Shown: positions 7,393-14,858 of the stretch, piece by piece
Layout: every line of letters begins with the position of its first letter
Position numbering within the stretch: position 1 is the stretch's first letter
From: Chlamydiota bacterium
Lineage (GTDB): Bacteria > Auribacterota > JACPWU01
Direction: 5' to 3'
DNA: 32,000 nt
Assembly: GCA_016196885.1 (NCBI GenBank)
Contig: JACPWU010000063.1
Location: forward strand, 5,222 to 37,221
Position numbers and translations under genes: made by a program
The notes under the pieces: model-generated
What the model was told of the DNA's origin: nothing
What the model saw: the letters and a program-made list of their open reading frames with translations, nothing else
The model's database searches: none

Positions 7393-8871
7393 ATGCCAAT
7401 ATTAAAAATTGATGGAAAAGACATAGAAGTTCCAGTCGGAACTTCTATCATTGAAGCGGCAAAAAAGGCCGGCATCGAAATCCCTCATTATTGTTATCAC
7501 CCTGGGCTTTCCGTTGCTGGAAATTGCCGTATGTGTTTGGTCGAAGTTGAGAAATTTCCCAAGCTTCAAATTTCTTGCTATACGCCTGTGACTGAGGGCA
7601 TGGTTGTTCACACGCAAAGTGAAAGGGTGAAGGACGCGCAGCAAGCCGTTCTCGAATTTCTCTTGGTCAATCATCCTCTCGATTGCCCCGTTTGCGATCA
7701 ATCAGGTGAGTGCGAGCTTCAAAATTATTATATGAAATACGGTCTCTATGACAGCCGCCTCATGGAAGATAAGGTCAAGAAACACAAGGCCGTTTCTATT
7801 GGTCCAACTGTGATGCTAGACGGTGAGCGTTGTGTTCTATGTTCTCGTTGTGTGAGATTTTGTGATGAAGTCACGCATACCCATGAAATGGGGATTGTGA
7901 ATCGTGGAGATCGTGCGGAAATTGAAGTTGCCCCGGGTAAAGAGGTAGACAATGACTATTCAGGAAATGTGGTGGATATTTGTCCTGTCGGGGCGCTTAC
8001 AGACAAAGATTTTAGATTTAAATGTCGTGTTTGGTTTTTGGCCCAAACGCCTTCTGTATGCCCAGGCTGTAGTCGAGGTTGCAACATTGAAATTCATTGG
8101 AATAAAGAGAGACCTTATCAAACTCCGGGAGAGAGGGTCATGCGTTTGAAACCGCGTTTCAACGCAGACGTCAATAAATTCTGGATTTGCGATGAAGGTC
8201 GTTACAATTACCATTGGATAGACCAGGGCCGGCTTTTGAAACCCATGCAAAAAAGGAGAGGTGTTCCCCATGAGGTTTCTTGGGAGGAGGCCTTCGGCAC
8301 TTTGTCGGGTCTTTTTTTAAGACCTCAGGAAATGGGAGTGATTGTCTCCACCGATATGACGAATGGAGATCTTGCGATGGCCCAGCAGCTTTTTGTCAGC
8401 GAGCTCAAGGTTAAAAATGTTGCTTATCAATGGATAAGAAAATCGGGTAAAGAAGACGAGCTCCTGATGAAGGCGGATAAAACGCCGAACACCCGAGGAG
8501 CTCAAGCCTTAGGATTTGAAGACCGATCAGGAGAGATTTATGAACAAATCGAAAAAGGTCAAATTAAAATCCTTTTCCTTTTTGGGCATAACTTGATGGA
8601 AATTTTGGGAAAAGATCAGGCAGAAAAAATGAGGTCTCATCTCGAGACCTTGGTGATTCTTGGCCCTCATGCCCATGAGGGTATAAATTTGGCCGATTGG
8701 GCCTTGCCTTCGGCAGTTTACGCTGAAAAAAACGGAACTTTTACAAATTTTGAGGGAAGGGTGCAAAAAATTTCTAAAGCCTTTCCTCCTATGGGAATGG
8801 CTAAGTCTGAACGAGAAATTTTGAAAGAAATGGCCCGACAGGCTGGAATTCACATAAACTTGACCGTGTAG
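7393..8871 (+). CDS. nuoG: NADH-quinone oxidoreductase subunit G (short form)
   Basis: 492 aa. It has an N-terminal 2Fe-2S ferredoxin-like region plus HPLDCPVCDQSGEC, CVLCSRCVRFC and CPVGAL cluster motifs. Only a truncated molybdopterin-like C-terminal part is present. Confidence 0.9.
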   Translation: MPILKIDGKDIEVPVGTSIIEAAKKAGIEIPHYCYHPGLSVAGNCRMCLVEVEKFPKLQISCYTPVTEGMVVHTQSERVKDAQQAVLEFLLVNHPLDCPVCDQSGECELQNYYMKYGLYDSRLMEDKVKKHKAVSIGPTVMLDGERCVLCSRCVRFCDEVTHTHEMGIVNRGDRAEIEVAPGKEVDNDYSGNVVDICPVGALTDKDFRFKCRVWFLAQTPSVCPGCSRGCNIEIHWNKERPYQTPGERVMRLKPRFNADVNKFWICDEGRYNYHWIDQGRLLKPMQKRRGVPHEVSWEEAFGTLSGLFLRPQEMGVIVSTDMTNGDLAMAQQLFVSELKVKNVAYQWIRKSGKEDELLMKADKTPNTRGAQALGFEDRSGEIYEQIEKGQIKILFLFGHNLMEILGKDQAEKMRSHLETLVILGPHAHEGINLADWALPSAVYAEKNGTFTNFEGRVQKISKAFPPMGMAKSEREILKEMARQAGIHINLTV

Positions 8872-8920
8872 TCGCCCGATTTATCGGGCAAATCCATTGC
8901 CCCATAAATGGGGCGACTAC
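8868..8920. repeat. Solo copy of the GTAGTCGCCC...GGGCGACTAC palindromic core (same core as the MITE)
   Basis: Outer 10-bp stem GTAGTCGCCC/GGGCGACTAC encloses two inner hairpins, GCCCGA-TTTA-TCGGGC and GCCCCAT-AA-ATGGGGC. The nuoG stop TAG (8869-8871) lies in the outer stem. Confidence 0.9.
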
Positions 8921-8930
8921 AAATAAAAAC

Positions 8931-10007
8931 ATGTACTTCGACATTATCATAAAAATTATTTTAACAGGGGTCGTTTTAGGCGGTGCCCTCAACCTGGCGG
9001 GTTTACTCACCTGGGTGGAGCGTAAGCAGAGTGCCGTGATGCAGGATCGGATCGGGGCCAATCGAGCCTCTCTCTTTGGGCTGCGTATTTTGGGGCTTTT
9101 TCATCCCCTGGCGGACATGCTGAAGCTCATTCTCAAAGAGGATTTCACGCCTCGCTATGCCCATAAAATCTTGCATGCCCTGGCTCCTTTTGTGTCTGTC
9201 TTTTTTGCGTTAATTGCCTTTGCCGCGATTCCCATCGGCAATGATTTTGCCTGGCGCGGCCACGCAATCCATTTGCAGGTGGCCCATATCAATGTGGGGC
9301 TTCTTTATATTCTTTCCGTGATGTCCATGGGGGTTTACGGCGTCGTGCTGGCGGGCTTTGCTTCGAATAACAATTATTCTTTTTTAGGAGGCCTGAGGGC
9401 TTCTTCTCAAATGATTTCTTACGAGATCACCATGGGAGTTTCTATCATGGGAATCGTCATGATGGATGGCTCATTAAATTTGCAAAATATTGTTCAGGCG
9501 CAGGGTCAGTATTGGCATCATCTACCGCTTTGGGGCATTTTTCTTCAGCCGGTGAGCTTTTTTCTTTTTTTGACAGCCGCCATGGCCGAAACCAAGCGAA
9601 CCCCTTTTGATCTTCCCGAGGGAGAGTCTGAGATCATTGGATATTTTGTGGAGTACAGTGGAATGAAATTCGGCATGTTCTTTCTGACAGATTTTTTGGA
9701 GACAGTTCTGGCCTCGGCGCTTTTGACAACCCTTTTTTTAGGAGGTTGGCAAATCCCCTATCTTTTTCACGATGGCTTTCATTTCCCTTGGGGGACTGTA
9801 TGGATCATGGCCCAACCCTGGGTCATTCTTTTAGGTGTGATTGCATTTAGCATCAAAGTGATTTTTTTCTGTTGGTTTTTAATGATGATTCGATGGACCT
9901 TACCCAGATTTCGTTATGACCAATTGATGAGACTGGGTTGGAAAATCATGTTGCCGATTTCATTAATCAATATTTTGGTGACAGGTTTAGTGATGGTGCT
10001 TTTATGA
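8931..10007 (+). CDS. nuoH: NADH-quinone oxidoreductase subunit H
   Basis: 358 aa and polytopic, with the NuoH/ND1 signature TKRTPFDLPEGESEIIGYFVEYSG. Confidence 0.93.
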   Translation: MYFDIIIKIILTGVVLGGALNLAGLLTWVERKQSAVMQDRIGANRASLFGLRILGLFHPLADMLKLILKEDFTPRYAHKILHALAPFVSVFFALIAFAAIPIGNDFAWRGHAIHLQVAHINVGLLYILSVMSMGVYGVVLAGFASNNNYSFLGGLRASSQMISYEITMGVSIMGIVMMDGSLNLQNIVQAQGQYWHHLPLWGIFLQPVSFFLFLTAAMAETKRTPFDLPEGESEIIGYFVEYSGMKFGMFFLTDFLETVLASALLTTLFLGGWQIPYLFHDGFHFPWGTVWIMAQPWVILLGVIAFSIKVIFFCWFLMMIRWTLPRFRYDQLMRLGWKIMLPISLINILVTGLVMVLL

Positions 10008-10516
10008 ATAGAAGTGAGTTAACTTTTATTGAACGCCTTTATATCTTCGAAGCCCTGAAGGGCATTCTCCTCACCTCTCGTCATTTTTTTTGGAATCTTT
10101 TTTTGCATACCACTCATCTTTTTGGCTTGTTAAAAAATAAAAGTGCAGCTGTGACTGTGCAATACCCTGATGAAATAAGGCCTTACGCGCCTCGTTTGAG
10201 AACACGTCATCACCTGGTTCCTCGAGCCGATGGAAGTCCTCGATGTGTAGCCTGCATGCTTTGTGAAACAGTATGCCCTGCCAAATGTATTTACATCATT
10301 GCAGGAGAGCATCCTGATCCCAACGTTGAAAAAGTGGCAAAGCGCTTTGATCTTGATTTAGGTAAATGTGTTTATTGCGGTTTTTGCGTGGAGGTGTGTC
10401 CTGAGGATGCGATTCGCATGGACACCCAAATCATGAATATAGCGGCGTACAGTCGGGAAGAAATGCTTTTGGATATCAATGAACTTTTAAGACCGGGGAG
10501 CAGAAAGCAGTCGTGA
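10004..10516 (+). CDS. nuoI: NADH-quinone oxidoreductase subunit I
   Basis: Starts at ATG 10004 in an ATGA overlap with the nuoH stop (the track starts at 9938 inside nuoH). It has two CxxCxxCxxxCP motifs (CVACMLCETVCP, CVYCGFCVEVCP). Confidence 0.92.
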   Translation: MNRSELTFIERLYIFEALKGILLTSRHFFWNLFLHTTHLFGLLKNKSAAVTVQYPDEIRPYAPRLRTRHHLVPRADGSPRCVACMLCETVCPAKCIYIIAGEHPDPNVEKVAKRFDLDLGKCVYCGFCVEVCPEDAIRMDTQIMNIAAYSREEMLLDINELLRPGSRKQS

Positions 10517-10589
10517 GTCGTGAGGGGTGAGTCGTTAGTAAAAAATAATGCCTTTAGAACTCACGACCCACGACAGACGACTCACGACT
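10509..10589. repeat. Heptamer-word inverted repeat (GTCGTGA/GGGGTGA words) between convergent nuoI and the MurC-like gene
   Basis: The left arm AGTCGTGAGTCGTGAGGGGTGAGTCGT carries TGA at 10514 (nuoI stop), 10521 and 10528. The right arm ACTCACGACCCACGACAGACGACTCACGACT ends in the stop of the minus-strand gene. Confidence 0.88.
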
Positions 10590-11943
10590 ATCTACATTTT
10601 TGAATTTTCCTAACTATCTGATGCGCCAGTTCTGTCAACGTATGATCTCTCGCTCCCATCACCACGATGTTGTCTCCCTTTTTAGCTTTTTTTCGCAGTA
10701 TTTGAAGAAGTGTTTCACGATCTTGGCAAAAAAAAGTGGGGATTTTTTTCTTTTTTAGAACTTCCACAAAACTTTCTGAACTGATGCTTCTATCTGCTGT
10801 TCCACCCGCATCATAAATGGGTAGGAGATAGAGTTGGTCTTGAGGGCGAATCATCTTTGAAAGAATCTCAATCAGTTCTTGCCATTGATGCTTTAAAGGG
10901 CCAAACCCATGTGGTTGATAGACAGCAATCACCCGATCACTTTTGTCTTGAAGGGCGTTTAACGTCGCTTCAATCTTGGCGGGGTTATGAGCAAAATCAT
11001 CATACACTCGAATGTTGTTTGTCTTTCCAATCAATTCCAGTCTTCTTTCGACGCCTTGAAAGTTTTCAAGGCCCCTTTGAATGTGATGGATGGGAATCCC
11101 TATGATTTGGGCCGTGGCGATGGAGGCCAGGGCATTCATGATGTTGTGAACGCCCGGTATTTTTAAATGGTAAGGGGCTTCATCCACTTCAAAACGAGAT
11201 CCTTCCTTCAATAAGCGAATGTGATCGGCCTTTGATTTTCCGAAATAAAAAGATTTTTCTTTGGGAAGAGATAAATTTTTTGTTTCAGGACAGTCTGAAT
11301 TAATGACAATGGCTTTTCCCGTATGGAGGACGAGATGTTGAAAAAGATCATGGAGCTCTTTTAAGTCTTTATGGTCTTTGGAAATATTTGTGATCACAGA
11401 AATTTTAGGGCGATAATGAACGAGACTCCCGTCGCTTTCGTCTGCTTCTGCCAGAAGCCAAGGCCCTTTTCCAAAATGCCAATTGGAACTTTTTCCCTCC
11501 TCTGGAAAGTTTTTCACCTGGCCTCCGCATAGAAAGGAAAAATCCCAGCCTGCGGCTTTTAAAATGTGAGCCATCATGCCTGTCACGGTTGTTTTCCCGC
11601 TGGTTCCAGAAACAGCGATTCCCTCTTTTTGGTTAAAAATTTGGGCCAGCATTTCGGCTCGGGTGACCCGAGTGAACTTTTGCTTCTGGGCATGGACAAA
11701 ATCAGGGTTGTCTGATTCAACGGCGCTTGAATAAATAACAGCCGTTAAATCTGAAGGCAAATGGGCTCCATCTTGGGGAACCACAACGATTCCAGAGTTT
11801 TTGAATTGTTCTTGAAGCGATTCAGATTTCTTCTGATCAAAGGATCGGTCTGAGCCCATGACTTTATGCCCTTGGGCTCTTAGGAAATGAGCCAAAGAAC
11901 TCATTCCTGTCCCTGCCATTCCAACGAAAAAATATTGAGACAT
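10588..11943 (-). CDS. murC: Mur ligase family protein, MurC-like (UDP-N-acetylmuramate--L-alanine ligase)
   Basis: Starts at ATG (complement of 11941-11943), giving MSQYFFVGMAGTGMSSLAHFLRAQGHKVMGSD. It has the P-loop GTSGKTTVTGM and EADESDGS...NISKDH, which resembles MurC rather than Mpl. It is not located in a dcw cluster. Confidence 0.7.
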   Translation of the reverse strand: MSQYFFVGMAGTGMSSLAHFLRAQGHKVMGSDRSFDQKKSESLQEQFKNSGIVVVPQDGAHLPSDLTAVIYSSAVESDNPDFVHAQKQKFTRVTRAEMLAQIFNQKEGIAVSGTSGKTTVTGMMAHILKAAGWDFSFLCGGQVKNFPEEGKSSNWHFGKGPWLLAEADESDGSLVHYRPKISVITNISKDHKDLKELHDLFQHLVLHTGKAIVINSDCPETKNLSLPKEKSFYFGKSKADHIRLLKEGSRFEVDEAPYHLKIPGVHNIMNALASIATAQIIGIPIHHIQRGLENFQGVERRLELIGKTNNIRVYDDFAHNPAKIEATLNALQDKSDRVIAVYQPHGFGPLKHQWQELIEILSKMIRPQDQLYLLPIYDAGGTADRSISSESFVEVLKKKKIPTFFCQDRETLLQILRKKAKKGDNIVVMGARDHTLTELAHQIVRKIQKCR

Positions 11944-12052
11944 AGGGGTGTATGGTAACAATTCAGCTTTCTTAATTCAAGTTGTCCTCTTTTTGTTGAT
12001 TTTGAAGTCGGTGATAGATGCGTTTGAAAAAATTGTCAGTCGTATGTAGGGT

Positions 12053-12544
12053 TTAATCTTTATCCTCCAGCTTTTTAAAAAATTCTTCCGGACTGATGTT
12101 CTGGAGGTCTTTCCTAAATTTTTCAACATCTTCTTCTGAAATGGGTCTTTCGATTTTGGGACATTTCTCTAGAACCTTTTCGTCAATGAAAAGAGGGGTT
12201 TGCATGCGTACAGCGATGGCAATGGCATCAGAAGGTCTGGAGTCAATTTCAAAACGTTTGCCGTTTGCCTCAACTTCGAGAATGGCAAAATAAGTATTGT
12301 CTTTTAAATCAGAGACAATGACCTTGTTTAATTTGACTTCGAAAAGTTTAAAAAGATTAACAATCAAATCATGGGTGATGGGGCGAGGCAGTTCTGCCCC
12401 CTGAAGTTGAAGGGCAATCGAACTGCCTTCGGAGGCACCAATCCAGATGGGAACCAATCGTGCATCTTCAATGGCCTCCAAAACAATCACATATTGTCCG
12501 ATTTGGGGGATGAGCATGAGTGAATTGATCTTTGCCTTTTTCAT
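12053..12544 (-). CDS. Bifunctional nuclease family protein (DUF151/BFN domain)
   Basis: 163 aa. The stretch VIVLEAIEDARLVPIWIGASEGSSIALQLQGAELPRPITHDL...DSRPSDAIAIAVR matches the BFN domain pattern. Confidence 0.8.
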   Translation of the reverse strand: MKKAKINSLMLIPQIGQYVIVLEAIEDARLVPIWIGASEGSSIALQLQGAELPRPITHDLIVNLFKLFEVKLNKVIVSDLKDNTYFAILEVEANGKRFEIDSRPSDAIAIAVRMQTPLFIDEKVLEKCPKIERPISEEDVEKFRKDLQNISPEEFFKKLEDKD

Positions 12545-12661
12545 TCTTTTTTGATGTTGCCCTCGCTTTTTAGTATGAAATAGTTTCTAACTTAAATCAA
12601 GCGAATTTGGCTTGAGGCAAAAACGAATGCGTTTGTATGGGTAAACATATGAAAAAAATAT

Positions 12662-12794
12662 TAGGCATATGCACTTGATTCCCCTAGTAGTCGCCCGATT
12701 CATCGGGCAATCCATGCAAGGGGCACAAGGCTGCCCCATAAATGGGGCGACTACAAATTCTTTCTATCTGAGGGGAATCAAGTGCATATGCCTA
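12662..12794. mobile_element. MITE copy 1 (133 bp; perfect 24-bp TIRs; 8-bp target-site duplication AAAAATAT)
   Basis: The left TIR TAGGCATATGCACTTGATTCCCCT (12662-12685) is exactly complementary to 12771-12794. The flanking direct repeats AAAAATAT at 12654-12661 and 12795-12802 are identical. The interior is the GTAGTCGCCC...GGGCGACTAC core. There is no coding capacity. Confidence 0.88.
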
Positions 12795-12941
12795 AAAAAT
12801 ATTTATCCTTTTTATTTTTATTCTTTCATTGGGTCGAGCTTTCTCGGAAGAATTTTTGGTGAATCATGTTCAAAACACCTTTATGAAGTACCAGAATATG
12901 GTTTTTCATCTTATTATCCTGCATCTTGACGGGTGATAAGA

Positions 12942-13142
12942 ATGAGCGATCAGAGGCCTGCGATGCCTGTTTATATTGAAAGTTATGTGAAGTCTCTTCG
13001 GGAGGGGGCCAAGAAATTGAAAGGCTTTCAGCATTTGCGAATGTTTCCGATAGAAATCGGCGGAAATTTGACCATGGAATATTCTTATACCTATTGGCGT
13101 GAGGCACGTGAAAGAGGTGGAGAGGTTGGTGAAGCATTTTAA
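12942..13142 (+). CDS. Small hypothetical protein (66 aa)
   Basis: The ATG at 12942 is preceded by GGGTGA. Codon usage resembles neighbouring genes. It is followed by a word hairpin and then a canonical terminator. I recognise no family. Competing minus-strand ORFs look like shadows. Confidence 0.4.
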   Translation: MSDQRPAMPVYIESYVKSLREGAKKLKGFQHLRMFPIEIGGNLTMEYSYTYWREARERGGEVGEAF

Positions 13143-13150
13143 GTTCCAGG

Positions 13151-13191
13151 GTCGTGAGGGGTGAGACATGACTCACTCCTCACTCTCACGG
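13151..13191. repeat. Short heptamer-word hairpin of the GTGAGGGGTGAG family
   Basis: GTCGTGAGGGGTGAG ... CTCACTCCTCACTCTCACG. TGA occurs at 13155, 13162 and 13169, covering all three frames. Confidence 0.8.
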
Positions 13192-13207
13192 TTGTAGTAC
13201 TTGTAGT

Positions 13208-13250
13208 AAAAAAACGGCCCCTTGATTGCTCAAAGGGCCGTTTTTATTTT
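13208..13250. terminator. Bidirectional rho-independent terminator
   Basis: The stem CGGCCC (13215-13220) / GGGCCG (13235-13240) is preceded by an A-run and followed by TTTTTATTTT. It lies between the + small ORF and the 3' end of the minus-strand porin gene. Confidence 0.8.
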
Positions 13251-13271
13251 TAAAAAACCATTCAACAGAAA

Positions 13272-14507
13272 CTAGAACCGATACAAAAGTTCCGTTGAAA
13301 GGGTGTTCTGAGTATCCGTTGCGGTGTCTCCGTCCAAGAAAGATGTGGTATCGGAATCATCATGCCGATATTCCAGACGACCCCACAAGCCTTCTACGAT
13401 CATGTAAGCACCGGTCGCTGTGATTTCCCACAAATCCTGAGCAGTGCCTGTTCTGGCGCCATCTTCATCGGAAAACCACTCACCTCTAATGGCCAGATAC
13501 AAGCGGTCCGTGAAATCATATTTCACATAGCCTGCAAATCCTTGCCATGTGGCATCGAAGGTGCTGGCAATGAATTCTTCCCCTGTTGTTGCATCTTCTG
13601 CAAAGACAGGCACATCCCCTTCCGTTCCATAATCATAGTTAAAGAGGAAGGTCAGTTGCGGCCAGGGTGTGGGCTTCACGGTGAGGACTGCATCAATGAT
13701 TCCGCGGATGTTGCCATCTTCGTCATCTTGTTCAGGTCCAACAGTTCCATTGATTCCCAGTGTCAACCATTCCCAAGGGCCAAGGGTTAAATTGCCCAAG
13801 AATGTTTTTCCATCATTGTTATCTTCGATGTTATCCCAACCGTTCACAACGCCTGCCGTTACACCTAGGTAATCTGTAAAGGTGTAAGAACCCAAAAGAC
13901 CCGTGTGTGTGAAAGGAATGGCATAACCAAATAAGAAGCCCCTTGAAAAATTCCAATTGTCCCAAGGTTCGATCACTTCAGCGCCCAAGAGGGTGACAAA
14001 TTTTCCACCTTTGAGGGTGAGGCCTTCGATCCAAGGAAAGTTATAATAGATGTAGGCTTGCTGAACGTCGAAATCATCTCTTGTGGTGCCCACAGGAGTA
14101 ATGACCTCAGCGGTTTCGAGAAAATCAAGATCTACCCGACCGCCCAAACCCAGTGCTTCAGAGTTTTTCTCAACGGCCAATTCAACCATTTCGACGTTGA
14201 ATGTGTTTGCGTTTGAGTCAAAAACCCTCAATGCATTGGTTCGATCATCTGGGGAATCAAAATTCCATACAGAACTGGAAGAGATTCCACCGCTGATTTC
14301 AATGCCATTCACTACAGAGGCCACGGCACCCCCTTCGGCAGGTGCTGGAGCTCCAGCAGATATCTGAGATTCAAGTTGTTCAACCCTTTTCTCCAAGAAC
14401 TCAACCTTTTGCATCAAGGCATCATTCGTCATTTCTGCCGAGACGGGTCGAATTTGCAAGGAGAGAAGGAAAGCCAGAACAGTCAAACACGATGCGAACT
14501 TCCTCAT
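13272..14507 (-). CDS. Outer-membrane beta-barrel porin with an N-terminal coiled-coil segment
   Basis: 411 aa. It has a signal peptide MRKFASCLTVLAFLLSLQIRPVSA, then a helical segment LMQKVEFLEKRVEQLESQ. The remainder shows alternating beta-strand-like composition rich in G, D, N, T and aromatics. The C-terminus ELLYRF is an OMP-type terminal Phe signature. Confidence 0.8.
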   Translation of the reverse strand: MRKFASCLTVLAFLLSLQIRPVSAEMTNDALMQKVEFLEKRVEQLESQISAGAPAPAEGGAVASVVNGIEISGGISSSSVWNFDSPDDRTNALRVFDSNANTFNVEMVELAVEKNSEALGLGGRVDLDFLETAEVITPVGTTRDDFDVQQAYIYYNFPWIEGLTLKGGKFVTLLGAEVIEPWDNWNFSRGFLFGYAIPFTHTGLLGSYTFTDYLGVTAGVVNGWDNIEDNNDGKTFLGNLTLGPWEWLTLGINGTVGPEQDDEDGNIRGIIDAVLTVKPTPWPQLTFLFNYDYGTEGDVPVFAEDATTGEEFIASTFDATWQGFAGYVKYDFTDRLYLAIRGEWFSDEDGARTGTAQDLWEITATGAYMIVEGLWGRLEYRHDDSDTTSFLDGDTATDTQNTLSTELLYRF

Positions 14508-14769
14508 ATTCCCCCTCCTTAATCAATGGTTAGACAAACTTATCAAAAACACCACTTTATATTAAGCAAAAATTGTACCAAGAGACGCTTCTGGGATGAT
14601 AAAACAATTTTTTATAAGAATTTTCTTTGAATCCTTGTTAAAAATTGCTCATCTTGAGAAAATTCGGCCTTGAAATTTGCTTATCGAAACCCTTTCAATG
14701 TGAAAAGGCGTGTCAAAAACACGTGACAATATAAAAAATCTTATGGTATGAATACAAGGAAATAATTTA

Positions 14770-14843
14770 TAGCCTTCAGCTTTCAGCATTCAGCTAACAG
14801 GGAAAGCAGAGTTTTTGCTGAATGCTGTTTGCTGAACGCTTTA
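14770..14843. repeat. Heptamer-word inverted repeat (CAGCNTT words) in the divergent porin/pepA promoter region
   Basis: The left arm TAGCCTTCAGCTTTCAGCATTCAGC has (T/C)AG at 14770, 14777, 14784, 14791 and 14798. The right arm GCTGAATGCTGTTTGCTGAACGCT has CTG at 14818, 14825 and 14832. It ends 16 nt before the pepA ATG. Confidence 0.85.
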
Positions 14844-14858
14844 TGAAAAGGAAAAACT

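Noticed and set aside
12669-12929. 86-aa + ORF ([29 protein letters not shown]...).
   Set aside because: It is translated straight through MITE copy 1. Near-identical peptide strings arise wherever the repeat occurs (also 8801..9061 - and 25870..26247 +). It is an artefact of the repeat.
12826-13176. Minus-strand ORFs 12826..13176 and 12906..13169 competing with the small + ORF.
   Set aside because: They are His/Pro/Ser-rich, begin within the word hairpin at 13151-13191, and have no recognisable features. The + ORF has better codon usage and is followed by a hairpin plus terminator. Even the + ORF is only weakly supported.
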